This document shows positions 9,678-19,617 of a stretch of DNA of 64,000 nt, piece after piece; the stretch's first letter is position 1, and every line of letters starts with the position of its first letter. A model generated the notes under the pieces. The model had not been told where the DNA came from. It worked only from the letters and a program-made list of their open reading frames with translations, and did no database searches. Made by a program: the position numbers and the translations under genes. Source of the stretch: Clostridia bacterium (lineage in GTDB: Bacteria > Bacillota > Clostridia > Oscillospirales > CAG-272); contig JAGARU010000097.1 of the NCBI GenBank assembly GCA_017622085.1, forward strand, positions 23,956 through 87,955. Reading direction: 5' to 3'.

Positions 9678-9702
9678 GTGGGTAAAAGTGGTTCATTGTG
9701 GT
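9678..9702 (+). promoter_or_regulatory. putative MraZ operator: three GTGG[GT] boxes at 10-bp period
   Basis: GTGGG 9678-9682, GTGGT 9688-9692, GTGGT 9698-9702, just downstream of the -10 element and upstream of mraZ. Confidence 0.6.
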
Positions 9703-9743
9703 TTAAAATACCACAATAAATGCATAAGAAAGGAGGACGCGGC

Positions 9744-10163
9744 ATGCTGTTTGGAAAGTTTGAGCATTCCATTGATGCGAAAAACCGTATTTTTATTCCC
9801 GCCAAACACAGAGAAAAGCTGGGCGCCTCTTTTATTATCACCCTCAATGTCGATAAATGTCTATCCGTGTATTCTTTTGAGGATTGGCAGAAGTACTCCG
9901 AAAAGCTGGATGCGCTTCCCAACACTCAGTCGAGAAACATCATCCGCTTTATTTATTCCAACGCCGTGGAGGTCCAGCCGGACAGCCAGGGACGTGTGGT
10001 CATTCCCAACGACCTGAAGGCCTATGCGGGAATTGAAAAGGATGCAGTCATCAACGGTGCCGGCGACCACGCCGAGATCTGGGCCAAGGAGCGCTGGAGC
10101 GCTCTCAACGATTCGCTGGATCTTGCGGCTCTCACCGAGCAGATGATCGAGCTGGGACTTTAA
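9744..10163 (+). CDS. mraZ: transcriptional regulator MraZ
   Basis: MLFGKFEHSIDAKNRIFIPAKHREKLG (SpoVT/AbrB-like duplicated domain). AAGGAGGA RBS precedes ATG 9744. Confidence 0.93.
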   Translation: MLFGKFEHSIDAKNRIFIPAKHREKLGASFIITLNVDKCLSVYSFEDWQKYSEKLDALPNTQSRNIIRFIYSNAVEVQPDSQGRVVIPNDLKAYAGIEKDAVINGAGDHAEIWAKERWSALNDSLDLAALTEQMIELGL

Positions 10164-10164
10164 T

Positions 10165-11106
10165 ATGAGTATTGAATTTGCACACGTGCCCGTCCTCCTC
10201 GATGAGTGTATCGAGGGCTTGAAGATCGATCCTGCGGGAATCTACGTGGACTGTACCGCCGGCGGCGGAGGCCATTCCTCCGAGATTGCCAAGCGGCTCA
10301 CCACCGGCAAGCTGATCTCACTCGATCAGGATCAGGACGCCATTGATGTTTGTCGGGAACGGCTCTCCGTATTCGGTGAGCGCTCCATTCTTGTAAAATC
10401 CAATTTCTCCATGCTGGATCAGGTGCTGAAGGACCTTGGCATCGACCGGGTGGACGGAGTTTTAATGGACCTTGGCATCTCCTCCTATCAGATTGATGAA
10501 GGAGAGCGCGGCTTTTCCCTCCGCTATGACGCGGAGCTGGACATGCGTATGGATCGCAGTATGCCGCTCAGTGCCTATCACGTAGTAAACGAGTATCCCC
10601 AGGAGAGGATCAAGGAGATCCTTTACGCTTACGGAGAAGAGAAGTTCGCCCCTCAGATTGCCCGGCGCATCGTGGAGCAGCGTGCCATCGCTCCCATAAA
10701 GACCACCTTCGCCTTGGCCGACGTTGTCCGCCAGGCCATGCCGGAAAAGGCCATCCGTAAGGAAGCCCAGCACCCGGCCAAGCGTACCTTCCAGGCGATC
10801 CGCATCGAGGTCAATCATGAGCTTGACGTGATCACTCCGGCCATTCAGGCGGCGGAGGCTCACCTGAACCCCGGTGGAAGAATCGCCATCATCACCTTCC
10901 ACTCGCTGGAGGACCGAATTGTAAAAAATGCCTTTGCCGATCTCGCCAAGGGCTGTACCTGCCCCCCCGACTTTCCCGTTTGCGTCTGCGGCAATAAGCC
11001 CAGAGTTCACTTGGTCAGCCGCAAGCCGATCCTGCCCGGGGCAGAGGAACTGAAAAGAAATTCTCGCGCGGCCAGCGCCAAGCTGAGAATATGTGAAAAA
11101 ATCTAA
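10165..11106 (+). CDS. rsmH: 16S rRNA (cytosine1402-N4)-methyltransferase
   Basis: HVPVLLDECIEGL ... DCTAGGGGHS ... DLGISSYQID. Confidence 0.95.
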   Translation: MSIEFAHVPVLLDECIEGLKIDPAGIYVDCTAGGGGHSSEIAKRLTTGKLISLDQDQDAIDVCRERLSVFGERSILVKSNFSMLDQVLKDLGIDRVDGVLMDLGISSYQIDEGERGFSLRYDAELDMRMDRSMPLSAYHVVNEYPQERIKEILYAYGEEKFAPQIARRIVEQRAIAPIKTTFALADVVRQAMPEKAIRKEAQHPAKRTFQAIRIEVNHELDVITPAIQAAEAHLNPGGRIAIITFHSLEDRIVKNAFADLAKGCTCPPDFPVCVCGNKPRVHLVSRKPILPGAEELKRNSRAASAKLRICEKI

Positions 11107-11126
11107 AGGATGGAGGAATACCGACC

Positions 11127-11852
11127 ATGTACGAAGATGCAGTGAGAACGGAAAATCGCTCCCGTACCAATATGAATAATTCTCAGTTGCGCACTCGTAA
11201 TCGGGATTCTATTTTTGATTCTGAGCTTGACTACAGCGGCTCTGCCCAGCGCACCAAGGTTCGCAGCTATCTCTCGGAGATGGTGGATCCTTGCAAGACC
11301 GTGGAGGCAGACGGAACCCGTTACCTGAACGTGGAGGCGCCCAAGACCGCTCGTGTGGCGCAGACCCGCACAGCGGAAATGCCTGCCGTAAAGGAACGTG
11401 CGACCACTGCGTCGATCCCGCGGGTCAAGGCCGCTACAAGAGAGGAAGCAACCCGCCTCCGCAACGCCAAGGCGTCCTTCCCCATTGCAACGATCACCCT
11501 CACCATCATCTGCACTTTGCTTGCCATGATCATGGTGTACAGCTTTACCCAGAAGCACGAGGCTACGGCAGACCTGGCCGCCCTGCAGGCGACGGTTGCC
11601 CAGCTCAGCGCAGAGAATAAGGAGCTTTCGCTGGCTCTTGAGGAAAAGGACAACCTTACCTTAATCGAGCAGCTTGCCCGTAACGAGTACGGCATGGTCG
11701 GCGAGGAGGAGCTCCCCAAGCGTTATCTCAGCCTGTCTACCTCCGATTACGTTCGTAGCCTGGAGGCGGAAACCAGCAATCCCGGTGTGTTTGCCACGAT
11801 TCTTAGTGCAATAGGAATCAATTTTGGCAACCTCGGGGAATACGGGCAGTGA
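11127..11852 (+). CDS. ftsL: FtsL/DivIC-type cell-division protein with long N-terminal extension
   Basis: Sits at the ftsL position in the dcw cluster. Single TM helix (IATITLTIICTLLAMIMVYSF) followed by a coiled coil (LAALQATVAQLSAENKELSLALEEKDNLTLIEQLARNEYGMV). Confidence 0.7.
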   Translation: MYEDAVRTENRSRTNMNNSQLRTRNRDSIFDSELDYSGSAQRTKVRSYLSEMVDPCKTVEADGTRYLNVEAPKTARVAQTRTAEMPAVKERATTASIPRVKAATREEATRLRNAKASFPIATITLTIICTLLAMIMVYSFTQKHEATADLAALQATVAQLSAENKELSLALEEKDNLTLIEQLARNEYGMVGEEELPKRYLSLSTSDYVRSLEAETSNPGVFATILSAIGINFGNLGEYGQ

Positions 11853-11975
11853 GAGCCGAATAGAATATAACGATTCGCGAGGCATCGCCCTCGCATGGAG
11901 AAGGGTGATTTGCATGCACCCTTTCTCTCTATTTTAGGAGCTTTTTTGAAAGAGCCTTGAGGAGGATTCCCCCGC

Positions 11976-14282
11976 ATGAACCAAAATAAAATAAACGGAA
12001 TGATGGCGCGCCGCAGCGTCGTGCTTCTTGCTTTATTCTTGGTCTTTGCCCTCATTGTTGTCGGCACCCTGTTTGATCTGCAGGTGCTGAAGTACGATCA
12101 ATACCAGCAAAGTGTCCTTGACCAGATCACCATTGAGACCAAGGTCAACGCCGAGCGCGGCGCCATCTACGACCGAAACGGCAAGACCCTTGCCACCAAC
12201 ACCACCGTCTGGCTTGTGTTTATTTCTCCCCAGGATATCATTGACGCCATGGCCGAGGAGGACGCGGAGGTCTATACCGTAGCCAATACCGACGGCACGG
12301 AGGCCACCGTCCCCATGAATGAGCTGATCGCCCGCCGCCTCTCGGAGATCCTTGGGGTGGACTATAGCAAGATCCTCGAAAAAGCTGCCAAGGTCGGTCG
12401 CCGCTACGAGGTGATCAAGGCCGGAGTGGAGAAGGAGCTGGCGGATCAGATCCGTGCCTTCATTGACCAGTACGACCTGACCTCTCAGATCTATCTCACC
12501 GCCTCTGCCACCCGCTATTATCCCTACTCTACCTTAGCCAGCCACGCGCTGGGCTTCGTAAATTCCGACGGCGTCGGCATTTACGGCCTCGAGCGATACT
12601 ATAACAACATTCTTGAAGGAACGGAAGGCAAATACGTCACCGCCCAGGACGCCAAGGGCGACGATATGGCCTTTGAGTACGAAACCTACGTGGAGGCCAA
12701 AAACGGCTATAACCTAATGACTACTCTGGATATTTACATCCAGTATGAGCTTGAAAATCAAGTCAAGGCCGCCGCCCTCGATTCCGCCGCCGCCAACCGC
12801 GCCTGCGGCATCGTGGTCAATCCTAAAACCGGCGAGATCTACGCCATGGCCACCTATCCCCCCTTCGATCTGAACTCTCCCTATACCTTGGATTCCTGGT
12901 CTCAGAGTATGCTGGACGAACTGGATCTGACAGGAGAGGACTACACGGAAAAATACTTCGAGCTTGTGTATACCATGTGGAACAATAAGGCCGTAACCGA
13001 GCTTTACGAGCCCGGCTCCACCTTCAAGATCCTCACCACCGCCATTTCTCTTGACGAGGGCATGGCATCCCTCCAGGATTCCTTCTACTGCACCGGCTCC
13101 AAAAAAATTGAGGGCTACGGACGCCCCATCAGCTGTCACAAAAACACCGGACACGGCAATTTGTCCTTTGCCGAGGCCCTTCAGCAGTCCTGCAACCCGG
13201 CCATGATGACCATTGCCGCCCGCATCGGCCGTCAGGTGTTCTACGACTATTTCCTGGATCTCGGTTACTCTGAAAAAACCGGCGTGGACGTCCCCGGCGA
13301 GTCCAAGAGCTACTACCATACCTACAAGGACTTTTCAAACGTGTCCTTGGCCGTTTATTCCTTCGGCCAGACCTTTAAGACCACCCCCATCCAACAGCTT
13401 ATGGCCATTTGCTCCGTTGCCAACGGCGGCTATCTGGTCACCCCTCATTTTATGAAGGAGATCGTGGACGACGACGGCAATACCGTACTTTCCTATGAGA
13501 CCAACGTCAAGCGACAGGTGCTCAGCTCCGAGAGCTGTGCGGCCATTGCGAAAATTCTTGAGGAGGGTGTATCCGGCAACGGCGGTGCGAAAAACGCCTA
13601 CGTGGCCGGCTATAAGGTAGCCGCCAAAACGGGTACCTCGGAAAAGAAGGATAAATACGATGCCTCCGGCAACACCACCTACCGCGTGGGCTCCTGCGTA
13701 GCCTTCGCTCCCTACGACGATCCTCAGGTGGCCGTGATCCTCATGGTCGACGAGCCCACCAAGGGTAGCCGCTACGGCAGTACCGTTGCCGCCCCCTACG
13801 TAGCCAATCTTCTCTCCGACGTTCTGCCTTATCTCGGAGTAGAGCCGGATTATTCCCCCGAGGAGCTGGCTAAGGTACAGGTTACCATCGGCAGTTACGT
13901 GGGTGCCGCTACCTCCGTGGCAGAAAATGCATTGAAATCCAAGGGCTTGCGCTACGAGATCGTGGGCACCGGCGAATTTGTTACCTCCCAGCTCCCCGCC
14001 TCCGGCAGTAAGATCTCCAGTAGTACCGGCAAGATCATCCTGTATACCGGCGGCGAGACCCCCAAGGCGACGGTCACCGTGCCGAATCTGGTCGGCAAAA
14101 CGGCAGAGGCCGCCAACAAGCTGCTCATCGATAGCGGCTTAAACATCTGTATTGAAGGAACCATCAACTACGACGAGGGTGAAGGTGCTACTGTGGTCAG
14201 CCAAAGCCCTGCCCCCGGCACCGTTTTAGCTCCCTCGGACGTAGTAACCGTGCGCTTTATGTACTTGGACGGTGACGATTGA
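11976..14282 (+). CDS. class B penicillin-binding protein (FtsI/SpoVD-type) with two C-terminal PASTA domains
   Basis: N-terminal TM helix, STFK and KTGT transpeptidase motifs, and two PASTA-like repeats at the C-terminus. Confidence 0.92.
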   Translation: MNQNKINGMMARRSVVLLALFLVFALIVVGTLFDLQVLKYDQYQQSVLDQITIETKVNAERGAIYDRNGKTLATNTTVWLVFISPQDIIDAMAEEDAEVYTVANTDGTEATVPMNELIARRLSEILGVDYSKILEKAAKVGRRYEVIKAGVEKELADQIRAFIDQYDLTSQIYLTASATRYYPYSTLASHALGFVNSDGVGIYGLERYYNNILEGTEGKYVTAQDAKGDDMAFEYETYVEAKNGYNLMTTLDIYIQYELENQVKAAALDSAAANRACGIVVNPKTGEIYAMATYPPFDLNSPYTLDSWSQSMLDELDLTGEDYTEKYFELVYTMWNNKAVTELYEPGSTFKILTTAISLDEGMASLQDSFYCTGSKKIEGYGRPISCHKNTGHGNLSFAEALQQSCNPAMMTIAARIGRQVFYDYFLDLGYSEKTGVDVPGESKSYYHTYKDFSNVSLAVYSFGQTFKTTPIQQLMAICSVANGGYLVTPHFMKEIVDDDGNTVLSYETNVKRQVLSSESCAAIAKILEEGVSGNGGAKNAYVAGYKVAAKTGTSEKKDKYDASGNTTYRVGSCVAFAPYDDPQVAVILMVDEPTKGSRYGSTVAAPYVANLLSDVLPYLGVEPDYSPEELAKVQVTIGSYVGAATSVAENALKSKGLRYEIVGTGEFVTSQLPASGSKISSSTGKIILYTGGETPKATVTVPNLVGKTAEAANKLLIDSGLNICIEGTINYDEGEGATVVSQSPAPGTVLAPSDVVTVRFMYLDGDD

Positions 14283-14321
14283 CCATAAATACGCATCGTC
14301 ACCTCCTCAGAAAGGAATTAA

Positions 14322-15830
14322 ATGAAGCTTTCAGCACTACTTGAAAAAATTCCCGCCGTATATACCGGCGACTGTGAAAAAGAAATCACCGCCATCGTCT
14401 CCGACTCCCGTAAGCTGTGCCCCGGCTGTGCCTTTGTGTGCATTAAGGGCGGCAAGCACGACGGACACGATTTTGTGGAGGCCGCCATTCAGGCGGGCGC
14501 CGCCGCGATTGTTGCGGAGCACCCCGTGGTACTTTCCTCCTCGGACGTTACGTTGGCTCAGGTGTCCGACACCCGTGAGGCACTTGCCCATATGTGGGAT
14601 ACTCACTTCGGCCACCCTACAGAGGGGCTTACCTGTGTGGGTATTACCGGCACCAACGGAAAAACCACTACCTCCTACGCCATTAAGTCCATTCTTGAGG
14701 CCGACGGCCGACGGGTGGGCGTCATCGGAACACTTGGTACCATGGTGGGCACCCGCGCCGAGAGCTTGCCCAATGGCGGCTCGGATATGGTCTTTGCCGG
14801 CGCGGCTATGACCACCCCCGACCCGGAGATTCTCTATCGCCTCCTTCGCACAATGAAGGATTCCGGTGTGGATACCGTGGTTATGGAGGTATCCTCCCAC
14901 GCCTTGGCGCAAAAAAAGGTTTCTCCCATCTGCTTTGACGTTGCCGTCTTTTTGAATCTCGGTGAGGATCATCTGGACTTCCATCGGACAAAGGAAAATT
15001 ATTTTAAATCCAAGTCTGCGTTATTTACGCAGTGCAAAAAGGGAATCGTAAACTATGACGATCCCTACGGCCGCCGCCTCGCAGAGGAGGCCACCGCGCC
15101 CATTCTCTTCTGCTCGGCCGAGTCCGGCGCTGAGGAAGTCGTCTATCGGGCGGAGTGCTTTGTCAACCATAACGAAAATGGCATCGAATATACCCTGACC
15201 GCAGACGGTGTCTGCCTGCCCATCCGCTCGCCCATTATCGGCGCGTTCAACCAGTATAATACCTTCCTTGCCGCCGCGGCCGCCCTGGCACTGGGCGCCA
15301 AGGGAACATCCGTTCAGCACGCCCTCGCCACCTTTGGCGGTGTGGAGGGACGGATGGAACGGGTGGCCGACCCCGACGGTCATTGCGACTTTACGGTCAT
15401 TATCGACTACGCCCACACCCCGGAGGCCATGCATAACGCCATCGCCTGCCTCGGCACACGCAAAAAGGGAAGAGTTATGACCCTCTTTGGCTGCGGCGGT
15501 GACCGGGATGCCACCAAGCGCCCCAAAATGGGCAGGATCGCCGTTGAGGAATCGGATTTTGCCATCATCACCTCGGATAATTGCCGCACGGAATCTCCCC
15601 ATGCCATCCTGTCGGATATCCTTATGGGCGTGGGCGACGCCAAGAACTACGTGGTCATCTGTGACCGCGGCGAGGCCATCCGATACGCCATGGATTTGGC
15701 AAAAGCAGGAGACATCCTCCTTCTTCTTGGCAAGGGTCACGAAAAATACGAAATTACCGCTGAGGGCAAGCTTCCCTTTGACGAGAAGCAGATTGTTCTC
15801 GACGGATATAAAAATCTGGCGGGCAAATAA
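14322..15830 (+). CDS. murE: UDP-N-acetylmuramoyl-L-alanyl-D-glutamate--2,6-diaminopimelate ligase
   Basis: GITGTNGKTTT P-loop and Mur ligase layout. The specificity motif reads DNCR where DNPR is usual. Confidence 0.92.
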   Translation: MKLSALLEKIPAVYTGDCEKEITAIVSDSRKLCPGCAFVCIKGGKHDGHDFVEAAIQAGAAAIVAEHPVVLSSSDVTLAQVSDTREALAHMWDTHFGHPTEGLTCVGITGTNGKTTTSYAIKSILEADGRRVGVIGTLGTMVGTRAESLPNGGSDMVFAGAAMTTPDPEILYRLLRTMKDSGVDTVVMEVSSHALAQKKVSPICFDVAVFLNLGEDHLDFHRTKENYFKSKSALFTQCKKGIVNYDDPYGRRLAEEATAPILFCSAESGAEEVVYRAECFVNHNENGIEYTLTADGVCLPIRSPIIGAFNQYNTFLAAAAALALGAKGTSVQHALATFGGVEGRMERVADPDGHCDFTVIIDYAHTPEAMHNAIACLGTRKKGRVMTLFGCGGDRDATKRPKMGRIAVEESDFAIITSDNCRTESPHAILSDILMGVGDAKNYVVICDRGEAIRYAMDLAKAGDILLLLGKGHEKYEITAEGKLPFDEKQIVLDGYKNLAGK

Positions 15831-15854
15831 ACCCGCCGGGGTAAGGAGTAAAGC

Positions 15855-17279
15855 ATGAGCATTGAGCTGAAGATCCGTCCGCTTAACCTCGACGAGATCG
15901 CCCGCGCGGTGCAGGGAAGCCTTGTGAAAACCGCGCAAAGCCCCCGTCCCGTGCGCTATATCAGCACCGATTCCCGGGATACGGGCGAGGATATTTTGTT
16001 CTTTGCCCTCCGCGGCGAGCGCTTTGATGGCCATACCTTCGCCGCCACCGCCGTCAAAGGCGGCGCGACCTGCCTCATTTGCTCTACCTTGCCCGAGGAC
16101 GTAAAGGCGCTGGACTGCACCGTGATTTTGGTGGAGGATACCACCCGCGCGCTGGGCGCGCTCGCCTCCTATTACCGCTCCTTGGCGGACGTTTGTCTGG
16201 TGGCCGTGACGGGAAGCGTCGGAAAGACCACCACCAAGGAGTTTATCTACAGCGTCCTGTCCGAGACCTATCCTACCCATAAAACGGAAGGAAACTTCAA
16301 CAACCACATCGGCCTCCCCCTGACCCTCTTTGCCCTGGCCCCTCATCATCGGGCGGCGGTTCTTGAAATGGGCATGAGCGCCCGGGGAGAGATCGCCTAT
16401 CTGACTCGTCTGGCGCGTCCCGACGTTGCCGTGATCACAAACGTGGGCACCTCCCACCTTGAGCACCTCGGCACGCGGGAAAACATCGCTGAGGCTAAAA
16501 TGGAGATCATCGAGGGACTGTCCCACGACGGATTGCTGCTGATCAACGGTGACGAGCCCTTGCTTCAGCCCGCCTGCGCCCGTTTTCCCCGCGTAAAGAC
16601 CTTCTCCCGTACCAATTCCGCCGCCGATTTTTCGGCCGCAAAGGAGATTCTTTGCGCCGACTCCGTAAGCTATGAGCTGACGGAGCAGGGAAAGGCAAGC
16701 ATCCCCGTCCGTTTGCCCGTTCCGGGTGCCCATAACGTCTATAATTCGCTGGTTGCCTACGCCGTAGGCCGTCAGCTTGGCATGGAGGATGACGCCATCT
16801 GTCGCGGTCTCCTCCGCTTCCGCGGCGCGGCCATGCGCCAGAACGTGTATTCCGTCGGCGGAATACGAATTATTGAGGACTGCTACAACGCCAGCCCCGA
16901 ATCCATGCGAGCCTCCATTGACGTGCTCACAGCCATGGAGCGGGCTGAGGGCGGACGCTATGCCGCACTCCTCGGCGATATGCTGGAGCTGGGTGAGCGC
17001 TCGGCCGAGTACCACGTGGCAGTGGGAGAATACGCCGCACAGCACGGCGTGGAGCTTTTGTTCGCCTACGGCGACCGTGCCGAGGATCTGGCACGCGGTG
17101 CAGGCGCAGGTGGCCTTGCTCCGACGGCCATCCACCGGCAAAGGGATAAAAACGATCCTCTCTCCATGGCGCAAGCGATTCTTGCCACTTTGCGGGAGAA
17201 CGACGTCCTTTTGGTCAAGGCCAGCCGCGGCGTTGCGGCCGAAAACGTACTGAAGCATATAAAAGAGCTGAAAAAATAA
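15855..17279 (+). CDS. murF: UDP-N-acetylmuramoyl-tripeptide--D-alanyl-D-alanine ligase
   Basis: VTGSVGKTTTKE P-loop, Mur ligase layout, dcw position. Confidence 0.93.
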   Translation: MSIELKIRPLNLDEIARAVQGSLVKTAQSPRPVRYISTDSRDTGEDILFFALRGERFDGHTFAATAVKGGATCLICSTLPEDVKALDCTVILVEDTTRALGALASYYRSLADVCLVAVTGSVGKTTTKEFIYSVLSETYPTHKTEGNFNNHIGLPLTLFALAPHHRAAVLEMGMSARGEIAYLTRLARPDVAVITNVGTSHLEHLGTRENIAEAKMEIIEGLSHDGLLLINGDEPLLQPACARFPRVKTFSRTNSAADFSAAKEILCADSVSYELTEQGKASIPVRLPVPGAHNVYNSLVAYAVGRQLGMEDDAICRGLLRFRGAAMRQNVYSVGGIRIIEDCYNASPESMRASIDVLTAMERAEGGRYAALLGDMLELGERSAEYHVAVGEYAAQHGVELLFAYGDRAEDLARGAGAGGLAPTAIHRQRDKNDPLSMAQAILATLRENDVLLVKASRGVAAENVLKHIKELKK

Positions 17280-17303
17280 CAAAACAAGGAATGAGGAGCC
17301 GGT

Positions 17304-18305
17304 ATGTCTGATACACGCATTTTTATTCTGTCCCTGGCCGTTACCTTTATTATTACCGTTTTTATTTTAAAATGGCTGATTCCCGTGCTGAAGAGCCACA
17401 AAATGGGACAGAAGATCTTGGAGATCGGTCCTCGCTGGCATAAAAATAAGGAGGGCACTCCCACCATGGGCGGCCTGTCCTTCATTGTCGCCATTGCCGT
17501 GGCGGCTATAGCAGGCTTTGCTTTGATCGGCGTGCGGGACGGTATCAAATCCGTGATTCCCGGTGCCATCACCCTGTGCTATGCCATTTTAAACGGCCTC
17601 GTGGGCATCATTGACGACAAGGCCAAGCTCCGCCATAAGAAAAACGAAGGCCTCACCGCCAAGCAAAAATACCTCCTCCAGCTCATCGTAGCCGGTGCGT
17701 ATCTGGCGGCCATGGCTCTGACGGAGAGCATCACCACCGCCCTCTATATCCCTTACTTTGATATCACGCTGGAGCTGGGGATTGCTTACTATATCGTTGC
17801 CCTGCTTCTTCTCACAGGAATCGTCAACAGCGTCAATCTGACGGACGGCATCGACGGCCTCGCCTCCTCGGTAACCGCCGTGGTGGGCGTGTTCTTTGCA
17901 CTCGCCGCCTTTTTTGGCCGCGCAGATGCCAACGAATCCGCCGTGTCTCTGGTCGCTTCCCTTCTTATCGGCGGCACCCTTGGCTTCCTTGTGTATAATT
18001 TCTATCCCGCCCGCGTATTTATGGGTGATACAGGATCGCTGTTCCTCGGCGGCCTTGTGGTAGGCACGGCCTTCCTTATGAACAATCCTTTGATCGTTCT
18101 GGTCATCGGCTTTGCTTATCTTATGGAAACCGCATCGGTTATTCTGCAGGTTTCCTGTTTCAAGCTGACCCACGGCAAGCGCATCTTCAAAATGGCACCC
18201 ATTCATCACCATTTTGAGCAGTGCGGCTTCTCGGAGATCGGCGTCGTTATTCTGTTTACCGCAATCACCGTACTCGGCGGCGTTGCCGCGTGGTTCGGTC
18301 TTTAA
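17304..18305 (+). CDS. mraY: phospho-N-acetylmuramoyl-pentapeptide transferase
   Basis: Polytopic membrane protein with GIIDD, NSVNLTDGIDGL and PIHHHFE motifs. Confidence 0.95.
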   Translation: MSDTRIFILSLAVTFIITVFILKWLIPVLKSHKMGQKILEIGPRWHKNKEGTPTMGGLSFIVAIAVAAIAGFALIGVRDGIKSVIPGAITLCYAILNGLVGIIDDKAKLRHKKNEGLTAKQKYLLQLIVAGAYLAAMALTESITTALYIPYFDITLELGIAYYIVALLLLTGIVNSVNLTDGIDGLASSVTAVVGVFFALAAFFGRADANESAVSLVASLLIGGTLGFLVYNFYPARVFMGDTGSLFLGGLVVGTAFLMNNPLIVLVIGFAYLMETASVILQVSCFKLTHGKRIFKMAPIHHHFEQCGFSEIGVVILFTAITVLGGVAAWFGL

Positions 18306-18329
18306 TTTACCGTAGTCGAAGGAGGCTGT

Positions 18330-19598
18330 ATGGAATCGGAGAACCGCTATAAAAGAATCAATACAGTCTCTCAAGGCCGTCCCATCCGCGAGGCAGAGAA
18401 GGAGCATGACACCGACCTCATGGAGAATGAGGAGGTGGTGCAGGAGGAAGAAAACACGGCGGCACGCTTGACCAAATCGGTATTCAAGGGCACGCCGGAC
18501 CGCTTTTTCTTGATCCTCGTTTTGCTTCTTGTAAGCCTCGGCTCCATTATTGTTTTCAGCGCAAGCTATCCGTATGCTCTCGCCAAAACGGGAGATAGTA
18601 TGTACTACATCAAGCGGCAGGTCATCTTTTTGATGCTGGGCCTGTTCTTTATGATCATTGCCGCCCGCTTTCCCTATAAGCTCTACCAGCGGCTTGCCGT
18701 TCCTTCCTATGGCGTTGCGCTCCTTCTTTTGGTGGCCGTTCTCTTTATCGGTCTGACGGAGGGCTCTGCCAAGCGCTGGATCGGCGTGGGAAGCATCACC
18801 GTACAGCCCTCCGAGATCATGAAGCTGGCGCTGGTGCTCATGCTGGCCTGGTACCTTGACCGATACCAGAAATCGGTGCAGGAGAGACGCAATAAAAGGG
18901 AAATGATCGTCCGCGGCGTTCTTCTCCCCGGACTGATCCTCGGCGCCGCCTGCGGCCTTGTGCTACTGGAAAAGCATCTGTCCGGCACTATTATTTTAGC
19001 AGCCATCGGTATGATCGTCCTGCTCATCGGCGGCGTACATATCGGCTGGACGGCGCTGATCTACGGCACCATCGGCATTACGGGTGCCACCGTCTTTCTT
19101 ATGACTAACAGCTACGCCCTCGCGCGTATTAAAACCTTCCTCAGCCCTGTGGAGGATATTCTGGGTGCCGATTGGCAGACCACCCAAGGCCTGTACGCCA
19201 TCGGCTCCGGCGGCTTCTTCGGTATGGGAATCGGCAACAGCCGCCAGAAATATAGCTACGTATCCCAGCCCCAAAACGACTTTGTCTTTACCATTTGGTG
19301 TGAGGAGACCGGCTTCCTCGGTGCTTTCCTCGTGGTTACCCTCTTCATTCTTTTGCTTTGGAGAGGCTACGTGATCGCCATGCACGCGCCGGATACCTTT
19401 TCTGCCCTCACCGTTTTCGGTATCACCAGCCAAGTGGGCATCCAGGCCCTCCTCAATATGGCGGTAGTAACCGATCTGATCCCCAATACCGGCATCTCCC
19501 TCCCGTTCTTCTCCTACGGCGGCAGCTCTCTGGTGCTTCTGCTGACGGAGATGGGCATTGTCCTATCCATATCCCGCTATTCCCATAAACGAATGTAG
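18330..19598 (+). CDS. ftsW: SEDS-family peptidoglycan polymerase FtsW/SpoVE
   Basis: Polytopic membrane protein with ...QPSEIMKLALVL... and ...GISLPFFSYGGSS... motifs. AAGGAGG RBS. Confidence 0.9.
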   Translation: MESENRYKRINTVSQGRPIREAEKEHDTDLMENEEVVQEEENTAARLTKSVFKGTPDRFFLILVLLLVSLGSIIVFSASYPYALAKTGDSMYYIKRQVIFLMLGLFFMIIAARFPYKLYQRLAVPSYGVALLLLVAVLFIGLTEGSAKRWIGVGSITVQPSEIMKLALVLMLAWYLDRYQKSVQERRNKREMIVRGVLLPGLILGAACGLVLLEKHLSGTIILAAIGMIVLLIGGVHIGWTALIYGTIGITGATVFLMTNSYALARIKTFLSPVEDILGADWQTTQGLYAIGSGGFFGMGIGNSRQKYSYVSQPQNDFVFTIWCEETGFLGAFLVVTLFILLLWRGYVIAMHAPDTFSALTVFGITSQVGIQALLNMAVVTDLIPNTGISLPFFSYGGSSLVLLLTEMGIVLSISRYSHKRM

Positions 19599-19617
19599 AA
19601 AAACACGGAGGAATCCA

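Noticed and set aside
15021-17282. 753-aa reverse-strand ORF
   Set aside because: It is antisense to murE and murF, which have clear Mur-ligase motifs and RBSs. The same reasoning rejects the other long shadow ORFs: 19453..21102 (-), 21202..23472 (-), 24614..26275 (-), 27375..29507 (-), 51658..52944 (-) and 59695..61320 (-). It also rejects the shorter ones: 41867..42982 (-), 3715..4836 (+), 33624..34460 (+), 37232..38194 (+), 38931..39872 (-), 47481..48410 (-), 48829..49905 (-) and 50808..51647 (-).
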